Origin: an uncultured virus (IMG/VR IMGVR_UViG_3300020057_000339)
Lineage: Duplodnaviria > Heunggongvirae > Uroviricota > Caudoviricetes
Length of the DNA stretch: 64,000 nt
Reading direction: 5' to 3' (one strand)
Virus record (IMG/VR): IMGVR_UViG_3300020057_000339
Position numbers and translations under genes: made by a program. Positions 34,954-45,078 of this stretch are shown here, in pieces. The notes under the pieces were generated by a model, which had not been told where the DNA came from, did no database searches, and worked only from the letters and a program-made list of their open reading frames with translations. Numbering within the stretch: position 1 is the first letter of the stretch; every line of letters starts with the position of its first letter.

Positions 34954-35640
34954 TCATCTTTTGACTCTATCCCAATTGATGCGAAGCTTGAGTCTTGCCG
35001 CTTCTGTTTTCAATTGAAGGGGACTGGCCCGATACTTATTGACACAAAACTGCAAACCACAATTCTCAACGTCTCGACGGAAACGTTCGGTCATGCCACG
35101 TCTATCGGATTCAGAGCCCTCAAGTGGCAAAAACCAAGGTTCGCCATTGCCAAGAGCTTCTGTCATTTGAGCGTCTTGCTCTTGCTGGAAACGTTGTTGA
35201 CGTTCGGCATCCTCAGCACGAATCGCATTGCCGTTCGGCGTGCCAACGGTCTTTTCACGTTTCTCAATCGTCTTACGCAATTCAATCTCTTTCAGTCTAA
35301 GATTAGCAGTAGCCTCAGCGTCACGAGCTTTGCCTGTCTCGCTAATAATACGCTCTTCGTTGCCTTCAATCATGTCGATCTCTAGGCGTTTATACAAACG
35401 TCTAGCATCATCTTGATTTTCAACACTGAACTCCTTTTTATAGAAGTCAACATCGGCAGCACCCAATCCAAGCTTTCTTTCGAATGCTGTATTACTTGAA
35501 AGCTGTGCAACCATCTTCAAGAATTCAATACGCTGTGGCATTGTCAATGCAGGACGATCACGTTTGCGGGTCTTAGAACCCTCTTGCCATGCACGCTTCT
35601 CACGTTCAGTGATCTCGTGCGGCTTTTCATTCTCATTCAT
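34954..35640 (-). CDS. Hypothetical protein
   Basis: 228-aa charged helical ORF with GGAG SD. Confidence 0.7.
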   Translation of the reverse strand: MNENEKPHEITEREKRAWQEGSKTRKRDRPALTMPQRIEFLKMVAQLSSNTAFERKLGLGAADVDFYKKEFSVENQDDARRLYKRLEIDMIEGNEERIISETGKARDAEATANLRLKEIELRKTIEKREKTVGTPNGNAIRAEDAERQQRFQQEQDAQMTEALGNGEPWFLPLEGSESDRRGMTERFRRDVENCGLQFCVNKYRASPLQLKTEAARLKLRINWDRVKR

Positions 35641-35648
35641 ATTTACTC

Positions 35649-36668
35649 CTAGAAAAGAAACTCGTCAGCACGTCTGAACAAGTTGGGTTCAGGCGACTGT
35701 AGATGGTAGTCGTAACGACACATCTTGTCTACTAGCTGATCGAAGTCGCACTCAGGATACCAGTTCAACTTCTTTCGGGCCTTGGAAGAATCGCCCAACA
35801 ATACTTCAACATCCTTGGGGCGTTTGAATGCAGGATTGATTCGATAAACCTTTTCAGGATCGAGTTCAAACCAGTTACAGCAGGCGTCAAAGAACTTACG
35901 CACAGAGTGCGTGCTGCCTGTTGCAATTACGAAATCGTCTGGGGTGTCTAGCTGCAACATGCCGTGCATCGCCTTGACGTAATCGCCAGCGAAGCCCCAG
36001 TCACGTTGAGCGTCCATGTTGCCGAGTTCTACACAATCCTGCAAGCCCCATTTGACGCGAGCAAGGTTGCTTGTGATCTTTCGTGTGACGAACTCCTCTC
36101 CACGAAGCGGAGACTCGTGATTGAAGAGAATGCCACAGGCGGTGTACATACCAAACGAACGGCGATACACATGAGCAATATTGTAGCCGAAGACTTTGGC
36201 AGCCGCGTATGGCGACTCAGGCTCCATAGGAGTGTTCTCGTCCAAGCTCACAACCTTACCATTGTGAATTGGGTTGCCGAACTGTTCGCTTGAACCAGCA
36301 AAGTAGAAACGACAGTCTGGCTTCACTTGCTTCAAAGCCTCAAGGCAATTCAAAACACCGAGGCCGGTCATTTCGCAGGTGGCGATAGGATACTTCCAGG
36401 ACATCGCAACATGGCTCTGTGCGGCCAAGTGATAGAACTCGTGCGGTTGGAATTGACGCACGATGTCCTGGAGGCTTGAAATGTCAGTAATGTCACCATC
36501 AACAATATGAAAGTTTGGCGACCCTATTAAAGTACGTAATCGAACTAAGTTTGGGGTCGATGTGCGACGACGAATACCTACAACTCGATAACCCAAGGAC
36601 AAGAGATAATGCGACAAGTACATTCCGTCTTGACCGCCAACACCACTAATTATAGCAGTCTTGTTCAT
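35649..36668 (-). CDS. gmd: GDP-mannose 4,6-dehydratase
   Basis: GVGGQDGMYL, LAAQSHV, SSEQFG, SPYAAAK, GILFNHESPLRG..FVTRKI, RDWG. Confidence 0.95.
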   Translation of the reverse strand: MNKTAIISGVGGQDGMYLSHYLLSLGYRVVGIRRRTSTPNLVRLRTLIGSPNFHIVDGDITDISSLQDIVRQFQPHEFYHLAAQSHVAMSWKYPIATCEMTGLGVLNCLEALKQVKPDCRFYFAGSSEQFGNPIHNGKVVSLDENTPMEPESPYAAAKVFGYNIAHVYRRSFGMYTACGILFNHESPLRGEEFVTRKITSNLARVKWGLQDCVELGNMDAQRDWGFAGDYVKAMHGMLQLDTPDDFVIATGSTHSVRKFFDACCNWFELDPEKVYRINPAFKRPKDVEVLLGDSSKARKKLNWYPECDFDQLVDKMCRYDYHLQSPEPNLFRRADEFLF

Positions 36669-37186
36669 GCTTGTAATCTCCGAATCCAACTCATAAAATC
36701 GTCAAACCCCATGCCGCTTTTAGCTCTATTACAGATTTTACAACAAGATACACAGTTCTTCTTGGTATATCCTTTTGAATTATCTTTTCTATCAATACCA
36801 CTATGAACAAAAGCACCATTCATGCGTCTTGTATTACGCATATTATTGGGTGGCGATCCACAATAGTAACAACTTGCACTTGTAAGAGTGTCAAATGATT
36901 TATCACTTAGACGCCAACAAAAACCACGACTTTTGGCACCACGCTTATAACCATCTAAAACAACATTTCTGGCAGCACGACCATGTGGAAGCTTCTTAAA
37001 TTCACCAAGTAAACAGCCACAGCTTTTAGTATGACCACTAGTCAAATGATTTGTAGCTTGCCAAGTCTTTTTGCCACAATCACAGTAACATAGACGACAC
37101 ATAGCACGTCCAATTTTCTTGACTTTGTTACTTGCGACAAGTCTACCAAATCTTTGACCGTCAACGTCTATTAGTGTTCTACCCAT
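36665..37186 (-). CDS. HNH homing endonuclease
   Basis: GQRFGRL, CYCDCG, TKSCGC, CYYCG, GIDRKD..GY...NCVSCCKICNRAK. Confidence 0.85.
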   Translation of the reverse strand: MGRTLIDVDGQRFGRLVASNKVKKIGRAMCRLCYCDCGKKTWQATNHLTSGHTKSCGCLLGEFKKLPHGRAARNVVLDGYKRGAKSRGFCWRLSDKSFDTLTSASCYYCGSPPNNMRNTRRMNGAFVHSGIDRKDNSKGYTKKNCVSCCKICNRAKSGMGFDDFMSWIRRLQA

Positions 37187-38135
37187 TGTTCTGTCTATAC
37201 CATTCAATTGTGCGTCGCACAGTTTCTTCGATCGGTGTGGTTGCTTCCCAGTGAAGCACGTTCTTGGCTCTTGAAACATCTAGTGATCTGCGTGGTTGAC
37301 CATCTGGCTTAGTATGATCCCATTTGACATTGGAAACATAACCACCAATTTGCTTTACCAACTCGGCTAACTGCTTGATGGTAATTTCTTGACCAGTGCC
37401 AAGATTGATGGGATCTGGCCCCGTATTCTTTTGAACGGCAATTGCAATCGCTTTGGCACAATCACCGGCATACAAAAACTCGCGAGAAGCAGATCCTGTG
37501 CCCCATAAGGTCACAAGTGGGGCACTAACTGAGTAGATATCTACATACTCTCTTTGTTGATCAGCTTCTTCAAACTTGCGAATCAAAGCTGGCACAACAT
37601 GAGAGGAATAAGGATCGAAATGATCGTGCTCACCGGCCATATTAACCGGCACTAGATTAGTGACGTTTAAACCATACTGCTTATGGTATGCAATACCAAG
37701 CTCCACAATCGTTTTCTTGGCAATGCCATATGGAGCATTGGTCTCTTCGGGATAGCCGATCCATAGATCACTCTCTTGAAATGGTACCGGCGTGTTCTTG
37801 GGATACGAGCAGACGGTACTCAAATTCACAAGCTTCTTTACGTTAGCGAGGCGACACGCCTCGATAACGTTAAGACCCATCTGCAAGTTCCCATACATGA
37901 ACTTACCTGGATTGTCTTTATTGATGCCGATGCCACCACAAATTGCAGCAAGATGAACAACCGTACTTACCTCGTGGATAACAAGATAACTCGCAATTGC
38001 CTTAGCGTCTTGGTCAAGTAAGTTCAAAGAGTTACTTGATGGGGTCATCACTTCATGACCGTCGGCACGTAAGAGTGGAACGACATGTTGACCTAAAAAT
38101 CCAGACGAACCAGTAACTAATGTCTTGGCGTTCAT
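37179..38135 (-). CDS. fcl: GDP-L-fucose synthase
   Basis: TGSSGFLG, HLAA.CGGI, STVCSYPK, YGIAKK, SHVVPALI, WGTG...REFL, KPDGQPR. Confidence 0.92.
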   Translation of the reverse strand: MNAKTLVTGSSGFLGQHVVPLLRADGHEVMTPSSNSLNLLDQDAKAIASYLVIHEVSTVVHLAAICGGIGINKDNPGKFMYGNLQMGLNVIEACRLANVKKLVNLSTVCSYPKNTPVPFQESDLWIGYPEETNAPYGIAKKTIVELGIAYHKQYGLNVTNLVPVNMAGEHDHFDPYSSHVVPALIRKFEEADQQREYVDIYSVSAPLVTLWGTGSASREFLYAGDCAKAIAIAVQKNTGPDPINLGTGQEITIKQLAELVKQIGGYVSNVKWDHTKPDGQPRRSLDVSRAKNVLHWEATTPIEETVRRTIEWYRQNNG

Positions 38136-38659
38136 AGTGGCTTTCTAGCAATTAGACGAACGATTGTCGGGTTCGCCAAGTGATGTGCAGGGTTTTTAGT
38201 ACAGCATTCAGATGGCGTCAAATCACCTGCCACTTCGAGACCATAGGTCTCGATGAGCATCTTCAAGCAATTGGGGGTGAAACGCCAGTAGTCATCCGGG
38301 TAACCATGAATAGGAAATGAAAACACGGTAGCCAAAAAGAAGTGACCACCGGGCTTTAGGACTCTCGCTGCGTTTTCAATGAACGTCCAAGGGTTGCGAA
38401 CGTGTTCAAGGGTGTCTAACGATACAACGACATCAAATGTGTTATCTTCAAAAGGAAAGGCGTTGTCTTCGCTGGTTACGAGATCAACGCCAGGGCCTTC
38501 ACGCATGTCAATGCCGAGATAGCTATTGACAAACTTTTCGACTACTGGTCGCAAGGCAATCTGTTCTTGGCCGGGCACAACAAAACTACCAATCTCAAGT
38601 AGCTTACCATTCAAAAGATTGTTACGGGCTACAACCCAATCTCGATTATGAACGTCCAA
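38132..38659 (-). CDS. SAM-dependent methyltransferase
   Basis: LLEIGS, GIDMREGPGVD, FDVVVSLDTLEHV, HGYPDDYWRFT; probable TTG start after GGAG. Confidence 0.85.
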   Translation of the reverse strand: MDVHNRDWVVARNNLLNGKLLEIGSFVVPGQEQIALRPVVEKFVNSYLGIDMREGPGVDLVTSEDNAFPFEDNTFDVVVSLDTLEHVRNPWTFIENAARVLKPGGHFFLATVFSFPIHGYPDDYWRFTPNCLKMLIETYGLEVAGDLTPSECCTKNPAHHLANPTIVRLIARKPL

Positions 38660-39227
38660 TGAACTGCTCCGGTGTAATAACACCCATGATTTCGTTACGA
38701 TTCTTACAGAAGAAGTCCCAGGTGTAATCGCCATCAATTGAGTGATACTCGACCGGATCGACACCACGCTCAATCAACCCACATCCATAATCAGTGTCCA
38801 CAACACGCATAATTAAGTCCCTACGATCCGCTCGCAGCTTTGCAAATGCCTTCCACACGTCCCCAGTCCATGGTTTGCCACTAACACCTTCTCGCAGTTG
38901 CTCATACTCTGCCGAAGGCAAGCAGTCATGTACTATAATTATGCCACCTTCGTTTAGGTATGTCAATGAATTTTCCATATCTCTTTGCACTTGCTCTTCA
39001 AGATGTAAGCCGTCAATAAAGATTAAATCATAATATTGATCACAATGATTCTTGAAAAAGTCGTCGGAGGTAGTATTAAACACAGCTTGCCCATTAGGAT
39101 CAACACTATGTTTAACATCTAATGGCGGCAAGCTGTTGAATGTTTCTTGTTCCAGTACACCAATTTCAAGATACGACTTGTAGTCGCGTGCCTCAATCAG
39201 ATGACGAATGATATCGTAGCGTTTCAT
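38646..39227 (-). CDS. SAM-dependent methyltransferase (Methyltransf_24-like)
   Basis: YLEIGV, SVDP, DLIFIDGLH, GGIIIVHD, WTGDVWK. Confidence 0.85.
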   Translation of the reverse strand: MKRYDIIRHLIEARDYKSYLEIGVLEQETFNSLPPLDVKHSVDPNGQAVFNTTSDDFFKNHCDQYYDLIFIDGLHLEEQVQRDMENSLTYLNEGGIIIVHDCLPSAEYEQLREGVSGKPWTGDVWKAFAKLRADRRDLIMRVVDTDYGCGLIERGVDPVEYHSIDGDYTWDFFCKNRNEIMGVITPEQFIGRS

Positions 39228-39228
39228 G

Positions 39229-40077
39229 TTAATAAGGGACTTCTTGTACATACGGCAGATACACGTTCTTGCTATACGCAAAAAACATTGCCGCCCGCGT
39301 TTGGCCCATATCCTTAGTGAATGTGTCATAGTGATTCATGTATCTTTCAAGGTTGGGCCACTTGTCACGCCACATCTGCAAGAGCGGCTGATGATCAAGA
39401 CCATTGGGCATTGACATATAGCCGTCGTATGCATGGTGAATCGCACCACTCTTCATAGTGGTGTTGTGCTCATGGTGGCAGAACGCACGTTGATCGACTA
39501 CGACAGATCCGCCCTCCAAGAAGGCACGGAGAGCAAAGTCCATGTTCTCGTAGCACGCCTTCCAGCGTTCGTCAAAGTATCCAATCTTGTCGAAAACGGT
39601 ACGTGGCCAATACTGAATGGTCAACTCTTGAACTAGGTTGGGAATAAGGACGCCATCTTCAATAGCACAAGGCGAACGCTGGTGATCCAGAGACGAGTTG
39701 TCGGACACTGGGCAGATCTGATAGATCTTGGGGTCGGCATCAAGCACAGACATAAGTCTTTCATCAAGTCCTTGTGGGAAGATCACATCTGATGTGACTA
39801 ATGACACATACTTGCCGCGAGCCATATTGGCTAACAGGTTGATACCACGACTAATGCCAATGTTTTTGTTTAAACATAATGAACTAAAGCCATATTTTTT
39901 AGCAAGTGTATTCGTTAACTCTTGATCACTATTTTGATCAATAAGAAAAATTTCACTACGCAAACTAGAGCTTCTATTTTGTGCTAAAGAATCAACAGCA
40001 TTAATATACGCACGAGTCGCACCTGCATCTAGGCTGGGATTGTAATGCAAAACCCCGTACGTCACATCATGAAACAT
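39229..40077 (-). CDS. Glycosyltransferase family 2
   Basis: IDQNS, NIGISRGIN, TSDV, IGYFDERW..YENMDFALR. Confidence 0.8.
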   Translation of the reverse strand: MFHDVTYGVLHYNPSLDAGATRAYINAVDSLAQNRSSSLRSEIFLIDQNSDQELTNTLAKKYGFSSLCLNKNIGISRGINLLANMARGKYVSLVTSDVIFPQGLDERLMSVLDADPKIYQICPVSDNSSLDHQRSPCAIEDGVLIPNLVQELTIQYWPRTVFDKIGYFDERWKACYENMDFALRAFLEGGSVVVDQRAFCHHEHNTTMKSGAIHHAYDGYMSMPNGLDHQPLLQMWRDKWPNLERYMNHYDTFTKDMGQTRAAMFFAYSKNVYLPYVQEVPY

Positions 40078-40621
40078 ATACAACCTCCAAACGATTGTGC
40101 GTCCTGATATTATCAATCCAATGAATAAAATCAATATAGTTCATGGTGTTTTTAGCTCTATTGCATAGCGTACAACAAGGGACAACATTTTTGACAGTAT
40201 ATCCTATAGCACTATCAATTCTATCAATACCATTATAAACAAAGTCACCATAATTTCTTCCAGTATGTTTGACTCTAGAGGGTGGCGAGCCACAATAATG
40301 ACATATGCCACTTGTTAGCTCGTCAAACTCTTTGTCGGTAATTTTCCAAACAAGAGCACGTTTCTTAGCACTGCTTTTGTAATTTCTTAAGACTTCATTT
40401 CTTGAGGCGGTACCAAAAGACAATTTTCTACCACCGCCTTGCTTACAGCCACAACTTTTGGTGCCGCCGCTTATCAAGGCATTTGTCTCGACCCAAGAAT
40501 CTTGCCCACAATCACAATGACATAGACGCTGCAATTTTCTATTACGACGTTTACGAGTTATGTTAGTAGCCGTCAAGCTACCAAACTTCTTGCCGTCAAG
40601 GTTTTGAATTCGTTTGTGCAT
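40067..40621 (-). CDS. HNH homing endonuclease
   Basis: Paralog of 36665: GKKFGSL, CHCDCG, CHYCG, GIDRID, CCTLCNRAK. Confidence 0.85.
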   Translation of the reverse strand: MHKRIQNLDGKKFGSLTATNITRKRRNRKLQRLCHCDCGQDSWVETNALISGGTKSCGCKQGGGRKLSFGTASRNEVLRNYKSSAKKRALVWKITDKEFDELTSGICHYCGSPPSRVKHTGRNYGDFVYNGIDRIDSAIGYTVKNVVPCCTLCNRAKNTMNYIDFIHWIDNIRTHNRLEVVYVS

Positions 40622-41256
40622 TATTTGATAAGTCGAATGATCGTATCATTAGCAGCAGCACCGGGCGTACGCACATACTCCACCTTGACTTGACATCCCA
40701 ATGTACCTAGGAAGGTCATGAACTTGTCGTGAGCGTAGGTGTTCCAGAAGTAAGTGCAGCCGTTCTCGTCGGGATCCGACTCCTTGATTTCGTCGTCTGG
40801 CCCATTGGCTAGATCGACGAACAGAACGATGATTGCCTCTTTGGAAGCAACACGATAGACTTCCTTAATCGCCTGTTCATAGCCTTCGCCAAGGTGCTCA
40901 ATTATGTGTCTGGCGATTACTATATCAAACGCACTATCTTGAAATGGAAGACTCTGGATGAAGCCTTCTTGTAGTTTAATTTCGTCGCCGTAGAGTGCTT
41001 GAGCGTGAGCCAGCATCTTCTTAGTGCGATCCAAGCCAGTGTACTGGCAGTCGAGTCCGCGTCCCTTAAACACTTCCCAGTTGACACAAGAACCACAGGC
41101 AACGTCTAACACAGTCGGTTGTTGGTATTCAAAAAGTAGGGACGCCAAGCGATGACGACCACGATTGTTCGTGCCCGTGTTGTGATTACGTAGGAACACC
41201 GAGATGTGCTCTTCGGTCATGAAGTCGTGATTGTCGCGTCTAGTTTGGTAGTCCAT
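40621..41256 (-). CDS. SAM-dependent methyltransferase
   Basis: VLDVACGS, GLD, LPFQDSAFD..RHIIEHL. Confidence 0.85.
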   Translation of the reverse strand: MDYQTRRDNHDFMTEEHISVFLRNHNTGTNNRGRHRLASLLFEYQQPTVLDVACGSCVNWEVFKGRGLDCQYTGLDRTKKMLAHAQALYGDEIKLQEGFIQSLPFQDSAFDIVIARHIIEHLGEGYEQAIKEVYRVASKEAIIVLFVDLANGPDDEIKESDPDENGCTYFWNTYAHDKFMTFLGTLGCQVKVEYVRTPGAAANDTIIRLIK

Positions 41257-41611
41257 GTTGTACTCGCATGAGATCATGAATCCATAGATCGAATTCTTGT
41301 GTGGTGAGCGTGCCTTTAGCTCTGTTACAGATGGCACAGCACGAGACTACATTACTCTTGATGTATCCGAGACGATTGTCAACTCTATCAATGCCATTGT
41401 AAAACAAATGGCCATAGTTTCTGCCGTTGTTTTTGATGTTGCCGGGAGGTCTACTGCAATAGACACATGATCGAGATATCAGTGCATCAAATTCACAGCG
41501 TGTCAATTCCCAAGCCAGTCCCTTAGATGCGGCACGAGCGATGTATGACCGCCATACTTCATTGCCAGAAGCTCTACCAAACTCAAGTGTTTTGTATGTG
41601 CGTACCATCAC
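41240..41611 (-). CDS. HNH endonuclease lacking the N-terminal domain
   Basis: CVYC, NGIDRVD..GY..NVVSCCAICNRAK. Confidence 0.8.
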   Translation of the reverse strand: MMVRTYKTLEFGRASGNEVWRSYIARAASKGLAWELTRCEFDALISRSCVYCSRPPGNIKNNGRNYGHLFYNGIDRVDNRLGYIKSNVVSCCAICNRAKGTLTTQEFDLWIHDLMRVQHGLPN

Positions 41612-42141
41612 TTAGAGCAGATTACATACATCTCTAAATTCGCTCTGTCAATTACGGCAACCGCTGGCGAGTCAACGAACGTGATGTCCTTGAAGCCACA
41701 CAACGTCAGAAGCCTGTGCATGGCCTTCTTGTCGAAGAGGCACTGGTGCTGCCCGTTAGATACAACCCAATCCGAGTAGCTACCAAATGGAGCGTTGACG
41801 CTGGATTCTGCTCTGGCCCATTGAGGGAAGTTGAAGTAAAGCCAAACGATCTTCTCGAAGTCCGGCACCTTGATCTCTAGTGTGCCGCCCGGTTTCAGGA
41901 CTCGACGCCACTCAGCAAGAGCAGCCATTGCTGTCTTGGGATTGAGCGGATTCGATAGTTGTGGCTCGTACTCACCGGCTCGAAAGTGTTCGAGAATGTG
42001 GTAAGCCAGGATCTGATCTACCGAATCTTCCTCGTACGGCAGTGCCGAAACATCGGCCTTGAGGTCTGCCGAGGGATGATCGTAATCAATGTTGACGTAG
42101 CCTTCGCGGTTGTCGCCGTGTGATGCTAGATTCAATCTCAT
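41608..42141 (-). CDS. SAM-dependent methyltransferase-like
   Basis: RLNLAS, GYVNID, HILEHF, EWRRVLKPGG..VPD. Confidence 0.82.
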   Translation of the reverse strand: MRLNLASHGDNREGYVNIDYDHPSADLKADVSALPYEEDSVDQILAYHILEHFRAGEYEPQLSNPLNPKTAMAALAEWRRVLKPGGTLEIKVPDFEKIVWLYFNFPQWARAESSVNAPFGSYSDWVVSNGQHQCLFDKKAMHRLLTLCGFKDITFVDSPAVAVIDRANLEMYVICSK

Positions 42142-43100
42142 AGCAATCCCACTTCCTTAAAGATGTACTCGAAACGATGGTACCATTGATGGTCACGAAG
42201 CATACGGTCACGACCCGCTTGAGCAATTACCTCTCGCTCCTCTGGATTGGCAAGATAGTATTGTGTCTTCTCAATCAACTCTTGAACGTTTTTGGCAATG
42301 ACTATTTCCTTGTCTGGTACAAAGTAAGATTCAAGATCGTCTGCTGGCGTACTAATCTGAAACCCTTGACACTGAGGAATTTCGAAGTGCCTGCCCTTAA
42401 TCTGTGGCATCGTTCCATGATGCCATGGATTCGACAGATTCAAATTGACACGCGACTGATTGAATACGCGAATCACTTCTTCAAAGTCCTTCGCGTAGCC
42501 ATGCCAGTTGGCATAACCATCCCAGTAATTACCAAAGATGTCAACGCGGATACCAGCGTTCATAATGGCATCCACGATCTCTGAGCGTAGAAATTTGCCA
42601 TTCGGCATCTGACCATGCTTCTGGCCAACAAACGTAGCGTCGTACATATACGCCCACGGATTCGCCTTATACGCCGGGGAACCAGCCCACTGTGACTTAA
42701 TAACTTTCAAGCCATTCTTTTCATACCAAGGAATAGTGGCAGAATGAGTAGTGACAAAGTGACTCACGCGGTCACGACGCGGGAAGATCCAGTTCTGGAA
42801 ACGCCAGCTTGAATCTGCATCAAATTGAATAACGGGAACATCACGCTTTAATGCCAATTTAGCAATACACTCTGGCAAATCTAATGATTCATTAAAGGCA
42901 AAGTGAATAATGGCATCAAATGCCGTAGTGCATAGTTCGTCAACAGCAATATTAGAATAGTCTGGATAATAAATTTGAAGTTCTATTTTATGAGATAAGC
43001 AAAATTCCTTCAATCCAGCTTCAAAATTCCAATATTCGTAGCTATCGCCCTCTAGTGATTTGCCATAGTTGAATCTTAGTCCACAATAAAGTAATTTCAT
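42138..43100 (-). CDS. CgeB-like glycosyltransferase
   Basis: ATFVGQ, SRVNLN, IKGRHFEIP, IAQAG..HQWYHRF. Confidence 0.82.
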   Translation of the reverse strand: MKLLYCGLRFNYGKSLEGDSYEYWNFEAGLKEFCLSHKIELQIYYPDYSNIAVDELCTTAFDAIIHFAFNESLDLPECIAKLALKRDVPVIQFDADSSWRFQNWIFPRRDRVSHFVTTHSATIPWYEKNGLKVIKSQWAGSPAYKANPWAYMYDATFVGQKHGQMPNGKFLRSEIVDAIMNAGIRVDIFGNYWDGYANWHGYAKDFEEVIRVFNQSRVNLNLSNPWHHGTMPQIKGRHFEIPQCQGFQISTPADDLESYFVPDKEIVIAKNVQELIEKTQYYLANPEEREVIAQAGRDRMLRDHQWYHRFEYIFKEVGLL

Positions 43101-43774
43101 TATACTTCGCCACGAACAACGCTAGTTCCCATGCCATAAATATACAATCTTTCTGGTATTTTATAGAAATGAAATCCATTAGCGATAGCTCTTTGCCACA
43201 AATCCCAGTCTTCGCGACCCAATAGTAAACGGTCGGTACTGTAACCACCCAGAGAATCAATAGCTAACTTACGAATTAACGCTGAGCCGTGACATACAAC
43301 ATTCTCACGCGGCATCGCAGCAGCAATTGCCGCGTGGGTTTCGTATTGCCCAATCTTGAAACAGTTAGGAGTTAGCGTACCAGCATAATTATCCCATACT
43401 TCACAAAATACAAAATCCGTATTCTCGTTCTCTAAAAGGAAGTTGCGTTGCAGTTCAAGCTTACAATCCATCCACTGGTCGTCAGCATCAAGGTAGGCAA
43501 CCCATTGACCCGTACAGCGAGCTAGACCAAAGTTCTTAGCCATTGCCAAGCCTTGCTTATGGGAACGCTCATGAATCTTAAGACTTAAAATATCCCTATA
43601 GGGCTCAGCTATCCATTTCGTGCCTTCACGACACTCATCAAGCACTAAAACAGTTTCAAAATTTTGATACGTCTGTCGAGTTAAAGACTCAAGAGCAGCT
43701 TGCAAAAGCATGTCGTGCTCATGATCGTTGCTGTGACAGCAAACCAAAATACTAATCTTGTCAGACTCTTTCAT
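43100..43774 (-). CDS. Glycosyltransferase family 2
   Basis: LESLTRQTY, GLAMAKN, AYLDADD, EDWDLW. Confidence 0.87.
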   Translation of the reverse strand: MKESDKISILVCCHSNDHEHDMLLQAALESLTRQTYQNFETVLVLDECREGTKWIAEPYRDILSLKIHERSHKQGLAMAKNFGLARCTGQWVAYLDADDQWMDCKLELQRNFLLENENTDFVFCEVWDNYAGTLTPNCFKIGQYETHAAIAAAMPRENVVCHGSALIRKLAIDSLGGYSTDRLLLGREDWDLWQRAIANGFHFYKIPERLYIYGMGTSVVRGEV

Positions 43775-43860
43775 GTGGAAACAACTTTTTAAGATCGTCG
43801 AACAACGGTGCCCATACATATGATTACTTGAAACAACATCTTGTCCAGCACTATCTGGAA
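43775..43860 (-). pseudogene. C-terminal remnant of a CgeB-like glycosyltransferase
   Basis: SAGQDVVSSNHMYGHRCSTIL parallels QGQEHCLKNHTYRNRCSAIL at the end of the upstream gene. Confidence 0.5.
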
Positions 43861-43863
43861 TAA

Positions 43864-44730
43864 TTACGGGAACATCCTAGTCAAAATGGCCGAACATCTA
43901 TTCCTGTAGGTATGGTTCTTCAAGCAATGCTCTTGGCCCTGAGTGGCAATTCTCTTGGAAAGACTTTCTCCCACAGAAAACATTTTTGGAATATTGCCAA
44001 CGAGATGGTTTTCGTCTTGAAATGAAATGAAGTGCTCAAGATCATTGCCAATGGTATGCAGGGCCGAATCTTGTACACTGAGGAGCACACTACACGCCGC
44101 CATGGTTTCGGTGCATCTCATGGGTAATAAACCACCCCCTCCACCAGCAACATCATTTACAACATAATGAGATCTAGCTATCTCATCAATGTACTGCTCT
44201 CTAAACACGCCATGCAAAAAATCTGTTCTTGCTGCCGGACAATATTGTCTAATTAGATTGTAAAGGTGGCGACGTTCTGGTCTATCAGAACCTATGATTA
44301 GAAAGTCACGAACCTTTTCTTGATAAGATCTAAAATGCAACTTCTCATCGGCGGCGTATGGCAAGTACATTCCATCGTAGATCATATTGGCGTTTGCCAT
44401 AAAGTTAACATCAAAGCCAAACATGTTATTGATTGCTCGCCAACGATCAGGATAGAGTGCGGCATCAAAAAACCAGCTAGCTCGCTTGCGTGACCGTACA
44501 TTCATTAGCTCTGTATAGACGGGATCGCCATCGCCGCATTCAAGAAATAAGAATAAGTCCCAGTCTTCTTCTAAGACCTTCCGTGAGCCCTCTAGTCTCT
44601 CTTGTGTCTGATAGTAGTTACCATATGGAACAGCTTCGTGCCCAAGTTCTTGAAAAGCACGAACGACGCAATCCCCAGTCGCCCAGCCACGAGACTGAGG
44701 AATTCCTCTGTATGAAACTAGAATACGCAT
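43864..44730 (-). CDS. CgeB-like glycosyltransferase
   Basis: YLPYAAD, MRCTETMA, IATQGQ..NHTYRNR. Confidence 0.78.
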   Translation of the reverse strand: MRILVSYRGIPQSRGWATGDCVVRAFQELGHEAVPYGNYYQTQERLEGSRKVLEEDWDLFLFLECGDGDPVYTELMNVRSRKRASWFFDAALYPDRWRAINNMFGFDVNFMANANMIYDGMYLPYAADEKLHFRSYQEKVRDFLIIGSDRPERRHLYNLIRQYCPAARTDFLHGVFREQYIDEIARSHYVVNDVAGGGGGLLPMRCTETMAACSVLLSVQDSALHTIGNDLEHFISFQDENHLVGNIPKMFSVGESLSKRIATQGQEHCLKNHTYRNRCSAILTRMFP

Positions 44731-44732
44731 TG

Positions 44733-45062
44733 TCATGCCGAAAACGACTCGCCGCATCCACAGCTTTTAACTGCGTTAGGATTGATGAACTTAAAACCAC
44801 GATTCATTAAAGTGTTCTCAAAGTCAACACTCATACCACTAAGATACAAAAAACTCTTTGGATCACAAACAACTGTAATGCCGCCATGTTCATTAACTTG
44901 ATCTACTTCATTCACAGTGTCATCGAATTCTAAAATATAGCTAAAGCCCGAACAGCCGCCTCCTCGCACTCCTAAACGAAGGCATGTATTTTTTGAAAGA
45001 TTCTGTTCTAACATAATACGATCTAATTCTTTAATAGCACTCTCTGTTAAAGTTATTGACAT
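44733..45062 (-). CDS. A-type Fe-S cluster carrier (IscA/HesB family)
   Basis: ITLTESA, GGGCSGFSY, NPNAVKSCGCGESF. Confidence 0.93.
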   Translation of the reverse strand: MSITLTESAIKELDRIMLEQNLSKNTCLRLGVRGGGCSGFSYILEFDDTVNEVDQVNEHGGITVVCDPKSFLYLSGMSVDFENTLMNRGFKFINPNAVKSCGCGESFSA

Positions 45063-45078
45063 TTATAGCCTCCTTTAT

